From Candidatus Latescibacterota bacterium (GTDB taxonomy: Bacteria; Latescibacterota; UBA2968; UBA8231), in NCBI GenBank assembly GCA_965248265.1, contig CBDFJF010000002.1, forward strand, positions 1,184,001 through 1,248,000: a stretch of DNA of 64,000 bases, read 5' to 3'. Under the pieces are notes generated by a model, which worked only from the letters and a program-made list of their open reading frames with translations, was not told where the DNA came from and ran no database searches. Shown here piece after piece: positions 28,702-39,800 of this stretch. How positions within the stretch are numbered: the stretch's first letter is position 1; each line of letters starts with the position of its first letter. The position numbers and the translations under genes are program-made.

Positions 28702-29445
28702 ATGAGCACTGATACGAGTCGAGCACTTGTGACGGGCGCAGCAAGCGGGATCGGTCGAGCCGTCGCCGAGAATCTGATCGCAAAGGGCATAGCAGTTACT
28801 GCCGTCGACATCGACGGGAGTGGAATGCAGAAGGCGTTTAAAGGCGACGCCGAAATTCTGCCGGCAGACCTCGGTGATATCGAGCAGCGCGAGGCCGTGT
28901 GCGAGGCCGGGATCGGCTGCGACTACCTCGTGAACGCCGCGGGCATCCTGCGTTTGAAGCCGATCACGGAAATCACCGTCGACGACTGGAGGAACGTGAT
29001 GCGGATAAATGGCGAGAGCACCTTCTTCCTGTGCCAGAAGATCGGCCCGAGCATGTCTGCCGGCGGGTCGATCGTGAACTTGTCGTCCGCCTCCGCAAAG
29101 CTCGCCGACACAACCGAGGCCGCTGTCTACGCCGCATCGAAAACGGCGATCCTGTCGGTGACGCGTTCTTTCGCCTACGCGCTGGCGCACATACCGGTGC
29201 GCGTCAACGCCATATGCCCCGGCATCATCGATACGTCCATGCAGGAGCAGATTCTGGAACGCGTGTCGCCTATGAGGGGGATGACGGTGGAGGAATTGAA
29301 GCGGGTTCGCCACGCGAACATACCGCTGGGCCGCAGCGCCGCTCCTGAGGAGCTCGCCGGTTACATATGGTTTCTGCTCTCGCCCGAAGCCGGCTACATT
29401 ACCGGCCAGGCGCTGAACTATGGAGGAGGCACCATCACATGGTGA
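28702..29445 (+). CDS. Short-chain dehydrogenase/reductase
   Basis: TGAASGIG, LVNAAG, YAASK, VNAICPG. Confidence 0.93.
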   Translation: MSTDTSRALVTGAASGIGRAVAENLIAKGIAVTAVDIDGSGMQKAFKGDAEILPADLGDIEQREAVCEAGIGCDYLVNAAGILRLKPITEITVDDWRNVMRINGESTFFLCQKIGPSMSAGGSIVNLSSASAKLADTTEAAVYAASKTAILSVTRSFAYALAHIPVRVNAICPGIIDTSMQEQILERVSPMRGMTVEELKRVRHANIPLGRSAAPEELAGYIWFLLSPEAGYITGQALNYGGGTITW

Positions 29446-29469
29446 GGGTGTGCAGCCCGACCCTCGCGG

Positions 29470-29946
29470 CTAGCACGCCGTCGCGCCCGGCGGTGGCGGG
29501 TCACGCTCGACGAACTCCAGCCAGTTGCCGTCGGGGTCCTGCAGGTAACAGGCCTTTTTCGCCCAGGGATACTCTGCGTCGGGACGGACCGCAGGCGGAT
29601 TGACGAACCTGATTCCCGACGACGACAACGTTTGATGGAACGCGTCCACATCGTCCACAATGAATGCGAGATGAGCTGTGCCGATTTCGTTCAGCTCCCG
29701 CGGCTCCGCTTCGATTCCTGCAGGATTGAGATACTGCAGCAATTCGATGGAGTGTCTCATGTCTCCGATTCCCAGGCAGACAGCGTGGAGCTTGGCGTCC
29801 TGAAACCCCGTGAGTTTGGAGATTCTCTCCCCTTCGATGACGGCGCTTCTCTCTTCTACGAAACCGAGGGTGTCGCGGTAGAAAGCGAGTGCCTGATCCA
29901 TATTGCGAACAACGAAGCTGGTGTGAAACATCCATTCCACTTTCAC
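29470..29946 (-). CDS. VOC/glyoxalase family protein
   Basis: HTSFVVRNM..ALAFY, IELLQY, HLAFIVDD, YLQDPDGNWLEF. Confidence 0.9.
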   Translation of the reverse strand: MKVEWMFHTSFVVRNMDQALAFYRDTLGFVEERSAVIEGERISKLTGFQDAKLHAVCLGIGDMRHSIELLQYLNPAGIEAEPRELNEIGTAHLAFIVDDVDAFHQTLSSSGIRFVNPPAVRPDAEYPWAKKACYLQDPDGNWLEFVERDPPPPGATAC

Positions 29947-30032
29947 GATCGCCTCCTGTGCCGGTCGTGCGGTCTCCGTGAGTCAGCCGATTGCGCTGAG
30001 ATCGTCGAGCCAGCTGGAAAGTCGATGTTGCG

Positions 30033-30286
30033 ATGAGCGTCGACAAGACCACCCTCACCTGTGATCCACACTTCCATATGTGGGACCTCCCCAATCGACC
30101 CAATCCGAACCTCGGCGAGGCGACGTTCGAGCGATTGCCCACCTATGTGGCCTCGGAGCATTGGCCGCACTCCCCAACATCTACGTGAAGTTGTCCATGC
30201 TCTGGTTTGCCCGGGATGGCTACCACCAGGCCCCGGCGAAAGAGGCCATAGTGCGGGATCGACCGATCGTCGAGATCACCTGGTAA
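30033..30286 (+). pseudogene. Internally deleted amidohydrolase (Amidohydro_2-like)
   Basis: N-terminal piece MSVDKTTLTCDPHFHMWDL...PTY joined out of frame to a late piece ALAALPNIYVKLSML. Confidence 0.7.
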
Positions 30287-30302
30287 CCGAGAGAGTACGT
30301 GA

Positions 30303-31349
30303 ATGGAAACCTACCGCGCCGTCATCGTTGGACTGACCGGCATCGGTGCCCGTCGACCGCCAGAGCCAACAGACCTGCCGCTCTACGGTGCCATGCCGGC
30401 GTCGCACGCCGCCTCATACCATCGCTATCCACAGACCGAGGTCACGGGCGTGTGCGACGTCCGCCAGGAGGCCCTGGATGAATTCAGGGAAAACTGGGCC
30501 GACGTGTGGCCTCAAGTGAGTTACTACACCGACTACCGCGAGATGTTCGAGAAGGAGCGCCCTGACCTGGTCAGTGTCGTGACGTCGGACCACCTCCACG
30601 CCGACATCACCGCCGCCGCCGCCGAAAGCAGCGCCCGCGGCATCCTGTGCGAGAAGCCGATCGCCACGACTTTGGCCGACGCCGACCGCATGATCGCTGC
30701 TGCCGAGGCCAACGATGTGGTGCTGTCGATCGAACATACCCGGCGCTGGAACGCCGAGCATCACAAAGTCCGGGAGCTCATCCGCAGCGGCGAGATCGGC
30801 CCTTTGCGGACCGTCGTCGCCACCTTACTTAGTCCGCGCGCCATGCTGTTCCGCAACGGGACCCACACCATCGACACGATCTGTTTCTTTGCCGAATCGG
30901 ACCCGGTCTGGGTGTCTGCGGAGCTGGAGGAGGGGTTCGAACACTTCACCGAATACAATACCGGGGGTGGCCGCGATCCGGGGGCCGATCCGGCAGCTTC
31001 CGCCTACATCCGCTTCGCCAATGGGGTGCGCGCTTTCTACAACGGCGTCAAGACTCAGATGCTGGGCTCGCAGCTCGAGCTGCAATGCGACGATGGGCGC
31101 ATCGAGGTGTCGGAACGGGGGGCGGCCCTCGTCCAGTCCGATTCGCACGTCGCCTGGACACGGCGGGAGTTACGGCCTGATCGCTACATGTACACGCAGC
31201 AGCTGGGCGCCGTCGCGGAGCTCGTCGACGCCGTCGAGAACGGCAGTGAGCTGGTCTCGCCGGCGCGCGAAGCCCGAAAGACACTGCAGATCATACTGGC
31301 TATCCTGAAATCGCACGGGGGCGGCAACACCAGGATCGATCTCTCGTAG
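30303..31349 (+). CDS. Gfo/Idh/MocA oxidoreductase
   Basis: VGLTGIG, PDLVSV.T..HLH, ILCEKP, NGTHTID. Confidence 0.92.
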   Translation: METYRAVIVGLTGIGARRPPEPTDLPLYGAMPASHAASYHRYPQTEVTGVCDVRQEALDEFRENWADVWPQVSYYTDYREMFEKERPDLVSVVTSDHLHADITAAAAESSARGILCEKPIATTLADADRMIAAAEANDVVLSIEHTRRWNAEHHKVRELIRSGEIGPLRTVVATLLSPRAMLFRNGTHTIDTICFFAESDPVWVSAELEEGFEHFTEYNTGGGRDPGADPAASAYIRFANGVRAFYNGVKTQMLGSQLELQCDDGRIEVSERGAALVQSDSHVAWTRRELRPDRYMYTQQLGAVAELVDAVENGSELVSPAREARKTLQIILAILKSHGGGNTRIDLS

Positions 31350-31389
31350 AAGAGTCGATCACCTTCACGTCGAGCTGCGCCGGAGAGGG

Positions 31390-32082
31390 CTACTCGAATC
31401 CATCAACGACCTGGCGCAGCAGCAACGGATCGTCGCCGATGACACCTCCGACGCCGTTGGCCACGGCGCGGCGCAGGCGCTGGGGATCGCAGCTGCCATC
31501 CTTCCCGGTCACGACGAACGCGGGGGCACCCAGGTCAGCGGCCCGGGTTGCGACTTCGGCGTCGACGAGATGATCGCGGGCGATCAGCAGGCGCCTGTGC
31601 TCGTCAGCGACGCAAAAGGCCAGGCGGCCGCGACTGCAGCCGATGCTGGCGACTTGCCGTGACTGCAGATCGAGCTGGCTCTCAGACAGGTGGTTGAACA
31701 GGTACGCGCGCTCGGCCAGGCCAGCCGCGCTCACGGCTTCGCCGACCCGCTCCTGCTGACCTGCCGCCTTGAGCTCGAACAGGATCCACGTCAGCTGCGT
31801 CGCGACCAGGAAGTCGAGGATCTCCGCCAGGGCTGGCACGGCCTCACCACCCGATCCGCGCAAACGGCGCATCTGCTCGAGCGTCAACTCGCTCACCGAA
31901 CCGCTGCCATCCGTCGTGCGTCCGACGGTCTCGTCATGCATCGCCACGATGTGGCCATCCCTCGTCATGCGGAGGTCGAGTTCCAGCCCGCTCGCGCCTT
32001 CATCAATGGCAAGCTGGAAAGCAGCCAGGGTGTTTTCCGTCTTCTTCAGCATGGCCCCACGGTGGGCGATGACGTCGGTCAT
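31390..32082 (-). CDS. Glycerophosphodiester phosphodiesterase family
   Basis: IAHRGA, ENTLAAF, ELDLRMTRDG..V.MHD, FELK. Confidence 0.88.
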   Translation of the reverse strand: MTDVIAHRGAMLKKTENTLAAFQLAIDEGASGLELDLRMTRDGHIVAMHDETVGRTTDGSGSVSELTLEQMRRLRGSGGEAVPALAEILDFLVATQLTWILFELKAAGQQERVGEAVSAAGLAERAYLFNHLSESQLDLQSRQVASIGCSRGRLAFCVADEHRRLLIARDHLVDAEVATRAADLGAPAFVVTGKDGSCDPQRLRRAVANGVGGVIGDDPLLLRQVVDGFE

Positions 32083-32447
32083 GCTCTCAATACAGCATGA
32101 TCAGAGGGTCCTCGCAAGTACAGCCGCCCCAAAATGTTCAATCCCGGCTCCTATCGACCATAGCACACCGGCGAAGTCAGGTTGCGGAGCGCCTTGATGA
32201 CGGTAAGGGAACGTCGGCGCTCGTGCTGGGATTCTGCTTGGTGGGCACGCCCTTCCAGAAAACGGGAACCGCTACTGGCAGGCCCTTCTACCCGGACTTC
32301 GTCGTCCGCAGTCGCTCGAATCCCGACTCCGTGCTGACCGACTACGCTGAATGGGCGCGGATGTGGGGGGCGATCCATCGAAGTCGAAGCTTGCCGCCGG
32401 CGGAACTTGCTCGGCGCCTGGCATCCGCGTCCTGGCTGATCGCGCCC

Positions 32448-33236
32448 TCACGGAGCCTCATCCTCGAACAGAGATGGGAAGAACCGGTGCGGATGGCCCG
32501 GATTGTGGAACAGAATCTTCTGTTGACAGGTAAGCTCCTGGGTTGCCGGCTCTTGCACATGGCGGGGCCTCCAGGCCAGGTGAGAGATGCAGTACTTGTA
32601 GAACAGGGACCTCCGTTGGCAGGGACCGCGCCACGCCGTGGTGCCGTGTGTCAGTGACTCGGTGAACACGATGGCTGAGCCGGCCGGCGCTGGAGGCACC
32701 ACCACGCAGGGGGCATCTTCGCGGGCTTCCGCTATCTCCCGCGGCACCCGGTAGTGGCTCTTGTGACTCCCTGGGACACAGCAGAATCCGCCGACATCTG
32801 GGCCGAGATCCGACAGGGCCCAGCTCACGACTGCGTATCCCTCGGCGATTTCCAACTCGGGAAACGAGTAGTACTCGCCCGGTCCGTTGGGAGTGTGATT
32901 GGCCGAAGCACCGAAATCGGCGTGGAGGGGGCGACTAGGCATCCCCGGGTTCATGTGAATGCCGTAGATGCGGTCGAGTAGAAAACAGTCGCCCAGACGG
33001 AGGCGAAGGATCGGCATGACTCTCGGATGCGTCAGCAGCTGACAGAAAGGCGCGCCCCACTCCAGGAAACCAGCACCGTCAGGGGCGCGGCCGAACTTCA
33101 GCCGCTCCTCTGGCGGCGGCAGTGGCTGCCGATCGAGCAGCGAGTTGAGCGCCGCAACCTCGCCGGTGCTCAAGACGTTTTCGATTACGACATAGCCGTT
33201 TAAGTCGAAGAGGTACTTCAGCGTTTCATCATCCAT
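32448..33236 (-). CDS. PhyH-like dioxygenase
   Basis: YLFDLNGYVVIE, LHAD, GGFCCVPGSHK, FTESLTHG, RRSL; GGAGG before MDDE. Confidence 0.9.
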   Translation of the reverse strand: MDDETLKYLFDLNGYVVIENVLSTGEVAALNSLLDRQPLPPPEERLKFGRAPDGAGFLEWGAPFCQLLTHPRVMPILRLRLGDCFLLDRIYGIHMNPGMPSRPLHADFGASANHTPNGPGEYYSFPELEIAEGYAVVSWALSDLGPDVGGFCCVPGSHKSHYRVPREIAEAREDAPCVVVPPAPAGSAIVFTESLTHGTTAWRGPCQRRSLFYKYCISHLAWRPRHVQEPATQELTCQQKILFHNPGHPHRFFPSLFEDEAP

Positions 33237-33276
33237 CAGACCTCCCACAGCAACCTCCGTTTGACGCAGACAATGG

Positions 33277-33573
33277 TCATTATGTATAAGAACGATAAGG
33301 GCCCGTTATAGGGAGTCAAGATCGCTTGCGGCTTGGTGTCGAATGAAAAACTTGAGGTTTTTTGAGGGGTGCGATGTGCGTTTCGCTTAGCTCGTCGGGC
33401 ATGATGGTCTTGGATTCAGGGCTGAGGATGGTTTTTTGGCGTTTTTGCTGATCCGCAAGGTCGATTCAGGCACATCGATCCCGTCGGATCAGGCGGCACC
33501 CGCTCGAATCAGGCTGCGTATTCGAGCTCAGATTGCTGAGAAAGCCGTGCCGGTGCGATGGGTGGTGGCCGAG
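33277..33573 (-). repeat. Non-coding dispersed element, copy 2 (~300 bp)
   Basis: By eye differs from copy 1 by about 4 substitutions and 5 single-base indels. Confidence 0.95.
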
Positions 33574-33769
33574 CCGGCAGGATGCTGGCTCCAAGCCAGG
33601 CAAGTGCAGCGCGAATCGTGTCGGTGTGAGCCAGTGCGTGCGCGGTGACGAGAGTCAGCGCGATCTGTGCCATGAAGGTAAGGAGCCCCTTGAGTCCCTC
33701 ACCCCATGCGACGGGAACTTCCGCCGGTCCAGCTTCAGTCAGCCCCAGCCCCAGCGCCATCAGCTCCAC
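33574..33769 (-). pseudogene. Fragment of short-chain fatty acid transporter (AtoE-like)
   Basis: GLTEAGP..V.VAWGEGL.GLLTFMAQIALTLVTAHALAHT; ends at the boundary of repeat copy 2. Confidence 0.6.
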
Positions 33770-33951
33770 GAGTGTACGGGAGTGCCCAAGACGGGAGAGA
33801 TTTTTGGAAGGCCAGGGGAAGATTCGATATATTACCTGACAGCAGAGCCGCGAACTCGCTTACCGACGTATGCTGAGGCCACCGACTGCACCTGAAGTAA
33901 CCGGAACGATGGCTGGACACTTGCGAGGTTTCCTAAGAACTGGAGGGGAGG

Positions 33952-36810
33952 ATGAAAAAGACACTGCTTTTCTCGTTGACGCTTTTCTCGTTAGCCAACG
34001 CCCAGACAGACTACGACTATGTATCGCCAAAACCTGGTGCGATACTGGTCACAAACCAGACAAACATAATATTGCGACACGCAGATCAGCTTGATGCGGC
34101 GACGATATCTGATGATTTAATCAAGGTGGTTGGCGCTAAGTCCGGATTGCACAAAGGCGAGCTAGTTCTCTCCGCCGACGGTCAGACCGTTGTTTTCAAT
34201 CCGCATACCGCTTTTTCTGAAGACGAAGATGTAACCGTCCAAATTCGAAACGGGATGAAAACGCAGACGGGGGTCGGCATAAATGACTTTTCATTTCATT
34301 TTGAGACGGCACCTGGCGGGATAGTGCAAAGATACGTACCCGCGTTTTCTGGTTACACAACAGCTGACGTCATCCCTGAAACTCAAAAAAAACTTGCCCA
34401 AAGTGAGCTGCTTCCGGCACCGCCAATAACGGTTCACTCGGTCAATAATCCCTCTCCGGGCCATATCTTCATGACGGCCTGGGATCGCAATAATCCCCAT
34501 GTGTACGGCAATTTTCTATTTATCCTCGATCACAGAGGGACCATCGTGGACTCGGTGAGAGTCGATGGCGCGCCTTTTGATTTTAGGGTTCAACCAAATG
34601 GTCTTCTGTCCTACTCAAAGGGTGATTTCGCGGGCAATGTTCCCGGGGCGGGAGAGGAACAGCGGCAGATCGTACTCGATAATACTCTTGCGGTAGTGGA
34701 TAGTTTCAAAACGGGGAATGGATACAATACGGATTTTCATGAATTCAGGATGTTGCCCAATGGCAACGCAATGCTGATGTCATATCATCCGGTTACATAC
34801 GATATGAGCAAACTGATCGAAGGCGGAAAAGTCGATGCATCACTCATACTCAACGTAATTCAAGAACAGGATCGGGATAAAAATGTGGTGTTTGAATGGC
34901 GCAATATCGATCACCTTCCGATTACCGATACTGTCATAGACTTGACTCTCCCTCGAATCAACTATGCAACCTTGAATGCTTTTTCTATTGACGACGACGG
35001 AAACATTCTCACCTCTTTTAGAAATATGGGTGAATTGATGAAAATCAATCGTGCAACCGGTGAGGTGATGTGGAGGATGGGAAGTCCGCGCGGAGAATTC
35101 ACCTTTATCGGAGAGAACGAAGAAAACGCCCCCTATTATTTTTCCCATCAGCATCACATAGTCAGGCTCCCGAATGGTAATGTTTCCTTCTTCGATAACG
35201 GAAATTTTCATTCTCCACCGTACTCTCGCGCGGTTGAGTACGCCCTTGATGAAGACAACAAGACAGCAACATTGGTTTCAGAATGGCGCTATCCTGGTGA
35301 AGACATTTTCGCTGCCTTCGCCGGTAACGCCCAGAGACTTCAAGACGGTGGCTGGTTAATTGGATATGGAATCCTATCCCCCCAAAGCCCCGTAAAGAGA
35401 AACGTAGTAGAGACCCATGCAGACGGAACCATCGCTCTGGAGATCTCCTTGCCTGAAAACGTAATCTCATACCGGACATACAAGTTTCCTTGGAAGGACT
35501 CTGTGGTCCGAGCCTCAGTTAGCCATTTCGATTTATTTGAGGGGAATTCATACTCTTTTGATGATGAATTCAATAGGACCGGCGTTACCGTACATTATAC
35601 CGCTTTAAGCTCTGGTACATACAATGAAGCGACAGTTACGAGAGTTCCTCTCGCTCCGTTAGAGCCGGAGTTTCTGGAAAGTCCTCCAACGATGTATCCC
35701 GTTTCAATCGTTTACAGCGGATCCGCTATTACATCTCATATTGTAGAAGTCCGTCTGGATTTGGGTGCGTATCCGGAGATCAAACATCCGGCAACGAGCT
35801 CACTGTACTGGAGGGAGTTTCCGGGCAACGGATTGTTCTTGCCGGTGGAAACTGCCTACGATAGTGGGACCAATGAGCTGATTGCTACGGTCAACGGATT
35901 TGGCGAGTTGGCTGTTGGAAATACTGGAAATGAGTACGGTGCCAACCCACCGATTCTGTTCGAGCCTTTAGACAATGATAGATTGCTGCTGGAGGATTCA
36001 ACGCCGCTCCGTTGGAGCGGGAGGGGATCAGCTGATGCGTTCCAGATTCAAGTCTCGACCGACAGCGAATTCAATACGCTCCTGGTAGATTTCCAGATCA
36101 GACAATCGATTTTTGATGTTGAGGAACTGGCCAACAATACCAGGTATTATTGGCGTGTCCGAGCGATGGTAGGTGCAGAGGAAAGTGCCTGGTCTCCTGT
36201 TTGGAGTTTTGAAACGACCGATCCCTTTATTGATTTGACATTCCCGAGTGCCGTTGAGGGATTGTTTTTCTTGGGATCGGTCAGAGTTTTGCGTTGGGAA
36301 ACCAACATATTGGACACAGTGACAATCGATCTGTTCGCGGACGGCCAACATGCAATGGCCATTGGGGAAATTGCCGGAAACATCGAAGCATTCGCATGGG
36401 AGATACCAGCTGATCTGAGTACTTCGTCGGCATATACGATTCAAATTACAAGCTTGGCAGACGCAGGTCTTTCCGTTTCCAGTCAGGGATTCAGTCTCAT
36501 CGACAGTGATATGACTGCCATCACCGAATCCGGTGATGCCCTCCCTTATAAGTTTTCCTTACGTCAGAATTATCCGAATCCGTTTAATTCGGAGACGGTT
36601 ATTGCCTTCGAAGTGCCTAGGGATTCATATGTGACGTTGAAGGTTTATTCACTAAGTGGTGCGACGGTAGCCGCTCCGATACAGCGGCACATGTCAGCTG
36701 GTCAACACCAGGTCAGCTTTTCAGGGGAGGGGTTGGCTTCGGGGGTCTACGTTTATTCACTGGAGAGTGGCGATTTTGGACAGGTTAACAAGATGCTTTT
36801 GTTGAAATAG
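33952..36810 (+). CDS. Secreted arylsulfotransferase (ASST)-like protein with Ig-like, Fn3 and C-terminal secretion/FlgD-type domain
   Basis: Signal peptide; DFHEF, SFRN, HQH, FDNG, SRAVEY, GNAQRL; YYWRVRA; QNYPNPFN...KMLLLK; visibly more AT-rich than its flanks. Confidence 0.85.
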   Translation: MKKTLLFSLTLFSLANAQTDYDYVSPKPGAILVTNQTNIILRHADQLDAATISDDLIKVVGAKSGLHKGELVLSADGQTVVFNPHTAFSEDEDVTVQIRNGMKTQTGVGINDFSFHFETAPGGIVQRYVPAFSGYTTADVIPETQKKLAQSELLPAPPITVHSVNNPSPGHIFMTAWDRNNPHVYGNFLFILDHRGTIVDSVRVDGAPFDFRVQPNGLLSYSKGDFAGNVPGAGEEQRQIVLDNTLAVVDSFKTGNGYNTDFHEFRMLPNGNAMLMSYHPVTYDMSKLIEGGKVDASLILNVIQEQDRDKNVVFEWRNIDHLPITDTVIDLTLPRINYATLNAFSIDDDGNILTSFRNMGELMKINRATGEVMWRMGSPRGEFTFIGENEENAPYYFSHQHHIVRLPNGNVSFFDNGNFHSPPYSRAVEYALDEDNKTATLVSEWRYPGEDIFAAFAGNAQRLQDGGWLIGYGILSPQSPVKRNVVETHADGTIALEISLPENVISYRTYKFPWKDSVVRASVSHFDLFEGNSYSFDDEFNRTGVTVHYTALSSGTYNEATVTRVPLAPLEPEFLESPPTMYPVSIVYSGSAITSHIVEVRLDLGAYPEIKHPATSSLYWREFPGNGLFLPVETAYDSGTNELIATVNGFGELAVGNTGNEYGANPPILFEPLDNDRLLLEDSTPLRWSGRGSADAFQIQVSTDSEFNTLLVDFQIRQSIFDVEELANNTRYYWRVRAMVGAEESAWSPVWSFETTDPFIDLTFPSAVEGLFFLGSVRVLRWETNILDTVTIDLFADGQHAMAIGEIAGNIEAFAWEIPADLSTSSAYTIQITSLADAGLSVSSQGFSLIDSDMTAITESGDALPYKFSLRQNYPNPFNSETVIAFEVPRDSYVTLKVYSLSGATVAAPIQRHMSAGQHQVSFSGEGLASGVYVYSLESGDFGQVNKMLLLK

Positions 36811-36864
36811 GTGCGTATTGACGAATACGGATGGAATCTGAAAGGAGTGTGACGTAAACAGGCA

Positions 36865-39800
36865 ATGTTGCAGGGTTCCCCGAGTACTCTACGCAATCAA
36901 AGGCGGCCCCTTTGGTTGTTGTGTGTTATCGGTTTGTGCATCAGCTGGAACGGTGACCTGGCCCATGCGGTGACCGGCTCCTTCCGCACCATTCAGGGCG
37001 TTGCCGTACCCAGCGATTTCCCCGCAGTAACGACTCACATCAACGATTCGCCGGACCCAGGGTTTATTTATTTGAGCACCTTGGGCAGCGTGCCTTATGT
37101 CTTGATGCTGGACAATGCTGGCACCCCACTGTTTTACAAGAAGCTCAACCAGCTGAAATCTGTGGAGCAGGAACCCTTCGACTTCAAGGCACAGCCCAAC
37201 GGCTTTTGGACCTATTACGACAGAGGTTACCCCGCCCATATTGTGATGGATTCAACCTATACCGTTGTCGATACCATCAGGGCTGGAAACGGGTACTGGC
37301 CCAATGCCCACGAGTTGCGACTGTTGGCAAACGGCCATGCGCTCATCATCGGCAGCAGGCATATGGCTGTTGATATGAGCAGGATCGTGGATGGGGGCAA
37401 CCCGAAGGCGATAGTCAGGACCGATGTCGTGCAGGAACTGGATCGAGAGAGGAACGTCATCTTTGAATGGCGTGCGTGGGATCACTTTGAGATCACCGAT
37501 GCCGTGCACGAGAACCTGAGGGCATCTTTCATCGACTATTGCCACATGAATTCAATCGATGTGGATACTGACGGGCATCTGCTCATCTCCAGCCGGCATT
37601 TGAGCGAAATCACAAAGATCCATCGCAGATCCGGGCGAATCATCTGGCGCTTCGGGGGAGTTAACAACCAGTTTAGGCTGGTAAACGATGATCGGGGCAT
37701 TTCGTACCAGCACAGCATCCATGGCCTGGGAGACGGTCGCTATCTCCTCTTCGACAACGGCAATCACCACTCGCCACCCTACTCAAGGGCCGTCGAGTAC
37801 CATCTGGATGAAGCGACGAGAAGGGCCACGCTGGTGTGGGAATACGATGGGGGAGGCGAATACCTTTCGCGGTCATTGGCCAACGTCCAGCGCCTGCCCA
37901 GCGGCAACACGCTTATCAACTGGGCCTACCCCCACATTCCCAAACTGACCGAAGTGCGCCCAGACTGCACGCTGGTTTACGAGCTCGATTTTGACGACTA
38001 TGCCTTTACATACCGGACCTTCCGCTTCCCCCAGCAGGGCCAGGCGGAAGTACCTTATTTGATCGCTGAACCCCACGCCGATCACGTTCTCTTGGTTTTT
38101 AATCAATTCGGAGAGGCCCCGGTAGCCCGTTACAATATTTACGGCGGTACCTCCCCTCACCCCCAGGCCCGAATCGCCTCGACGGAAGACAACGCCATCG
38201 AATTATCCGAGCTGCAGAACCTGAGGAAGTACTATTTTCGTACAACTGCGGTCGATGACCAGGGACGTGAAAGCGGGTACTCGAACGAAGTTGCCGTATT
38301 CGTCCACTTCATGGATCCAAGTTCCGATAGGGTCCTCAACGGAGATTTTTCTCAGGGTGACAACTTCTGGCAACTCAAAACGAGCGACCAGGCCGTTGCC
38401 AGTAGGAGGATCAGCGACAGTGGGGTTTATCACCTGGGTATCGAGAACGGAGGCAGCGCCCAGGGAAGCGTTCAGCTTATCCAGGAACCCATCGAGCTAA
38501 TTGAAGGAGTGTCCTATGTTCTCGAACTTGAAGCCTACGCCGCTACCAGCCGGCCGTTTTCGGCCAAAGTGCGGAGGATCTCCGGTCATTCGCCCGACTA
38601 TCTCCGGTTAGGATCGAAGCCGTTAAGCTCAACGCCGACGAAACACTCCTTCCCTTTCTTGATGGAAAAACAGTCAGACCACGAGGCCCGGCTTGTACTG
38701 GAATTTGGCTCTCTGGACGTGGACGTCTTCCTGCAGAATGTCTCCCTCAAGATTTCAAACCCATCAGCCGCCGCCGAAGGCGTCGTGGGCGCGCTGGATG
38801 TCGACGACTCTGGCACGGGCAGACTGCAATTCACATCATCGCAAGGCCCGGTAGAGCTATTACAGCCGGTGGAGTTCGTCGATGCTGATGGTAACGCCGT
38901 AGATCCAAATACGATTGAGGAGGGTACTGGTCTGTCTATGGGGATACGGCGGAGGAGTACGGGTGAGGTACAGGCGTACGAGGTGGTAGTGGGCGGAGCT
39001 CTTGGCGGTGGTGAGTCGTTTAATATGCACTTCGGCGGTTTCGGAACCACAGCCGGTGGTGGCGTAACAATCCTTCCTCAGGTTGACGAATACGAGATGA
39101 AACCCGAAACGCTGGTTAAGCCTTTCGGGAGCTTGGAGACCGTTTCGTTTTCTGCGGTGTCCGCGGAAGACGTGTTGGGATACAGCGTAGAGTTGTGGTA
39201 CACGACGGATGAATCGGGGGTACGGGTAGTGACGGAGGTGCATGTGTGCGGGCTGCCAGAGGACCCGGAGCCGGACCAATACAGTAACAGGCGATTGTCG
39301 GCATATGCGGTCGACCCAGAGACGGGCGTAATTCGGCGGCAAATCATGTCTATTCTACATGAATTTGCTGTTTGGCAGGACACCCAGGGCAACACAGTGG
39401 ATCCGCAGACGGTGGTGGAGGGTACGCGGCTGGTGAACTACGGTCGGGTGGTGCGGGTTAAAGCAGAAGGAGACTTCGTCGAGGCTCGGGAGCGGGGGTT
39501 CATTCGCTTCGAGGACGGTATACTGTACACGTATCCGTTGTTTTCTGAGCAGATGCGCGTGGCGTCGGATGTGGTGTTGGTGGATGAATCCACAGGGGAG
39601 GACGTAACGGCCAATGGCCTTTCTCAGGTTGACGGCTTGGTGCGGATACAGACCTTGCTTCCTGGCCGCTTTCCGAACGATCTGATCGTGCGGATCGCTC
39701 TGAATCCGCAGGATGGGAAAAAGGTCGGCGAGGTTGCCGCCCTGGAGTTGAATGAAGATGACGTGCTGATATTGCGATTCAAGTCGGATCCGGTGCCATT

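Noticed and set aside
33270-33299. Chromosomal dif site (CATTA-TGTATA core)
   Set aside because: The XerD arm (TTATGTTAAAT) is absent and the sequence is part of a multicopy element.
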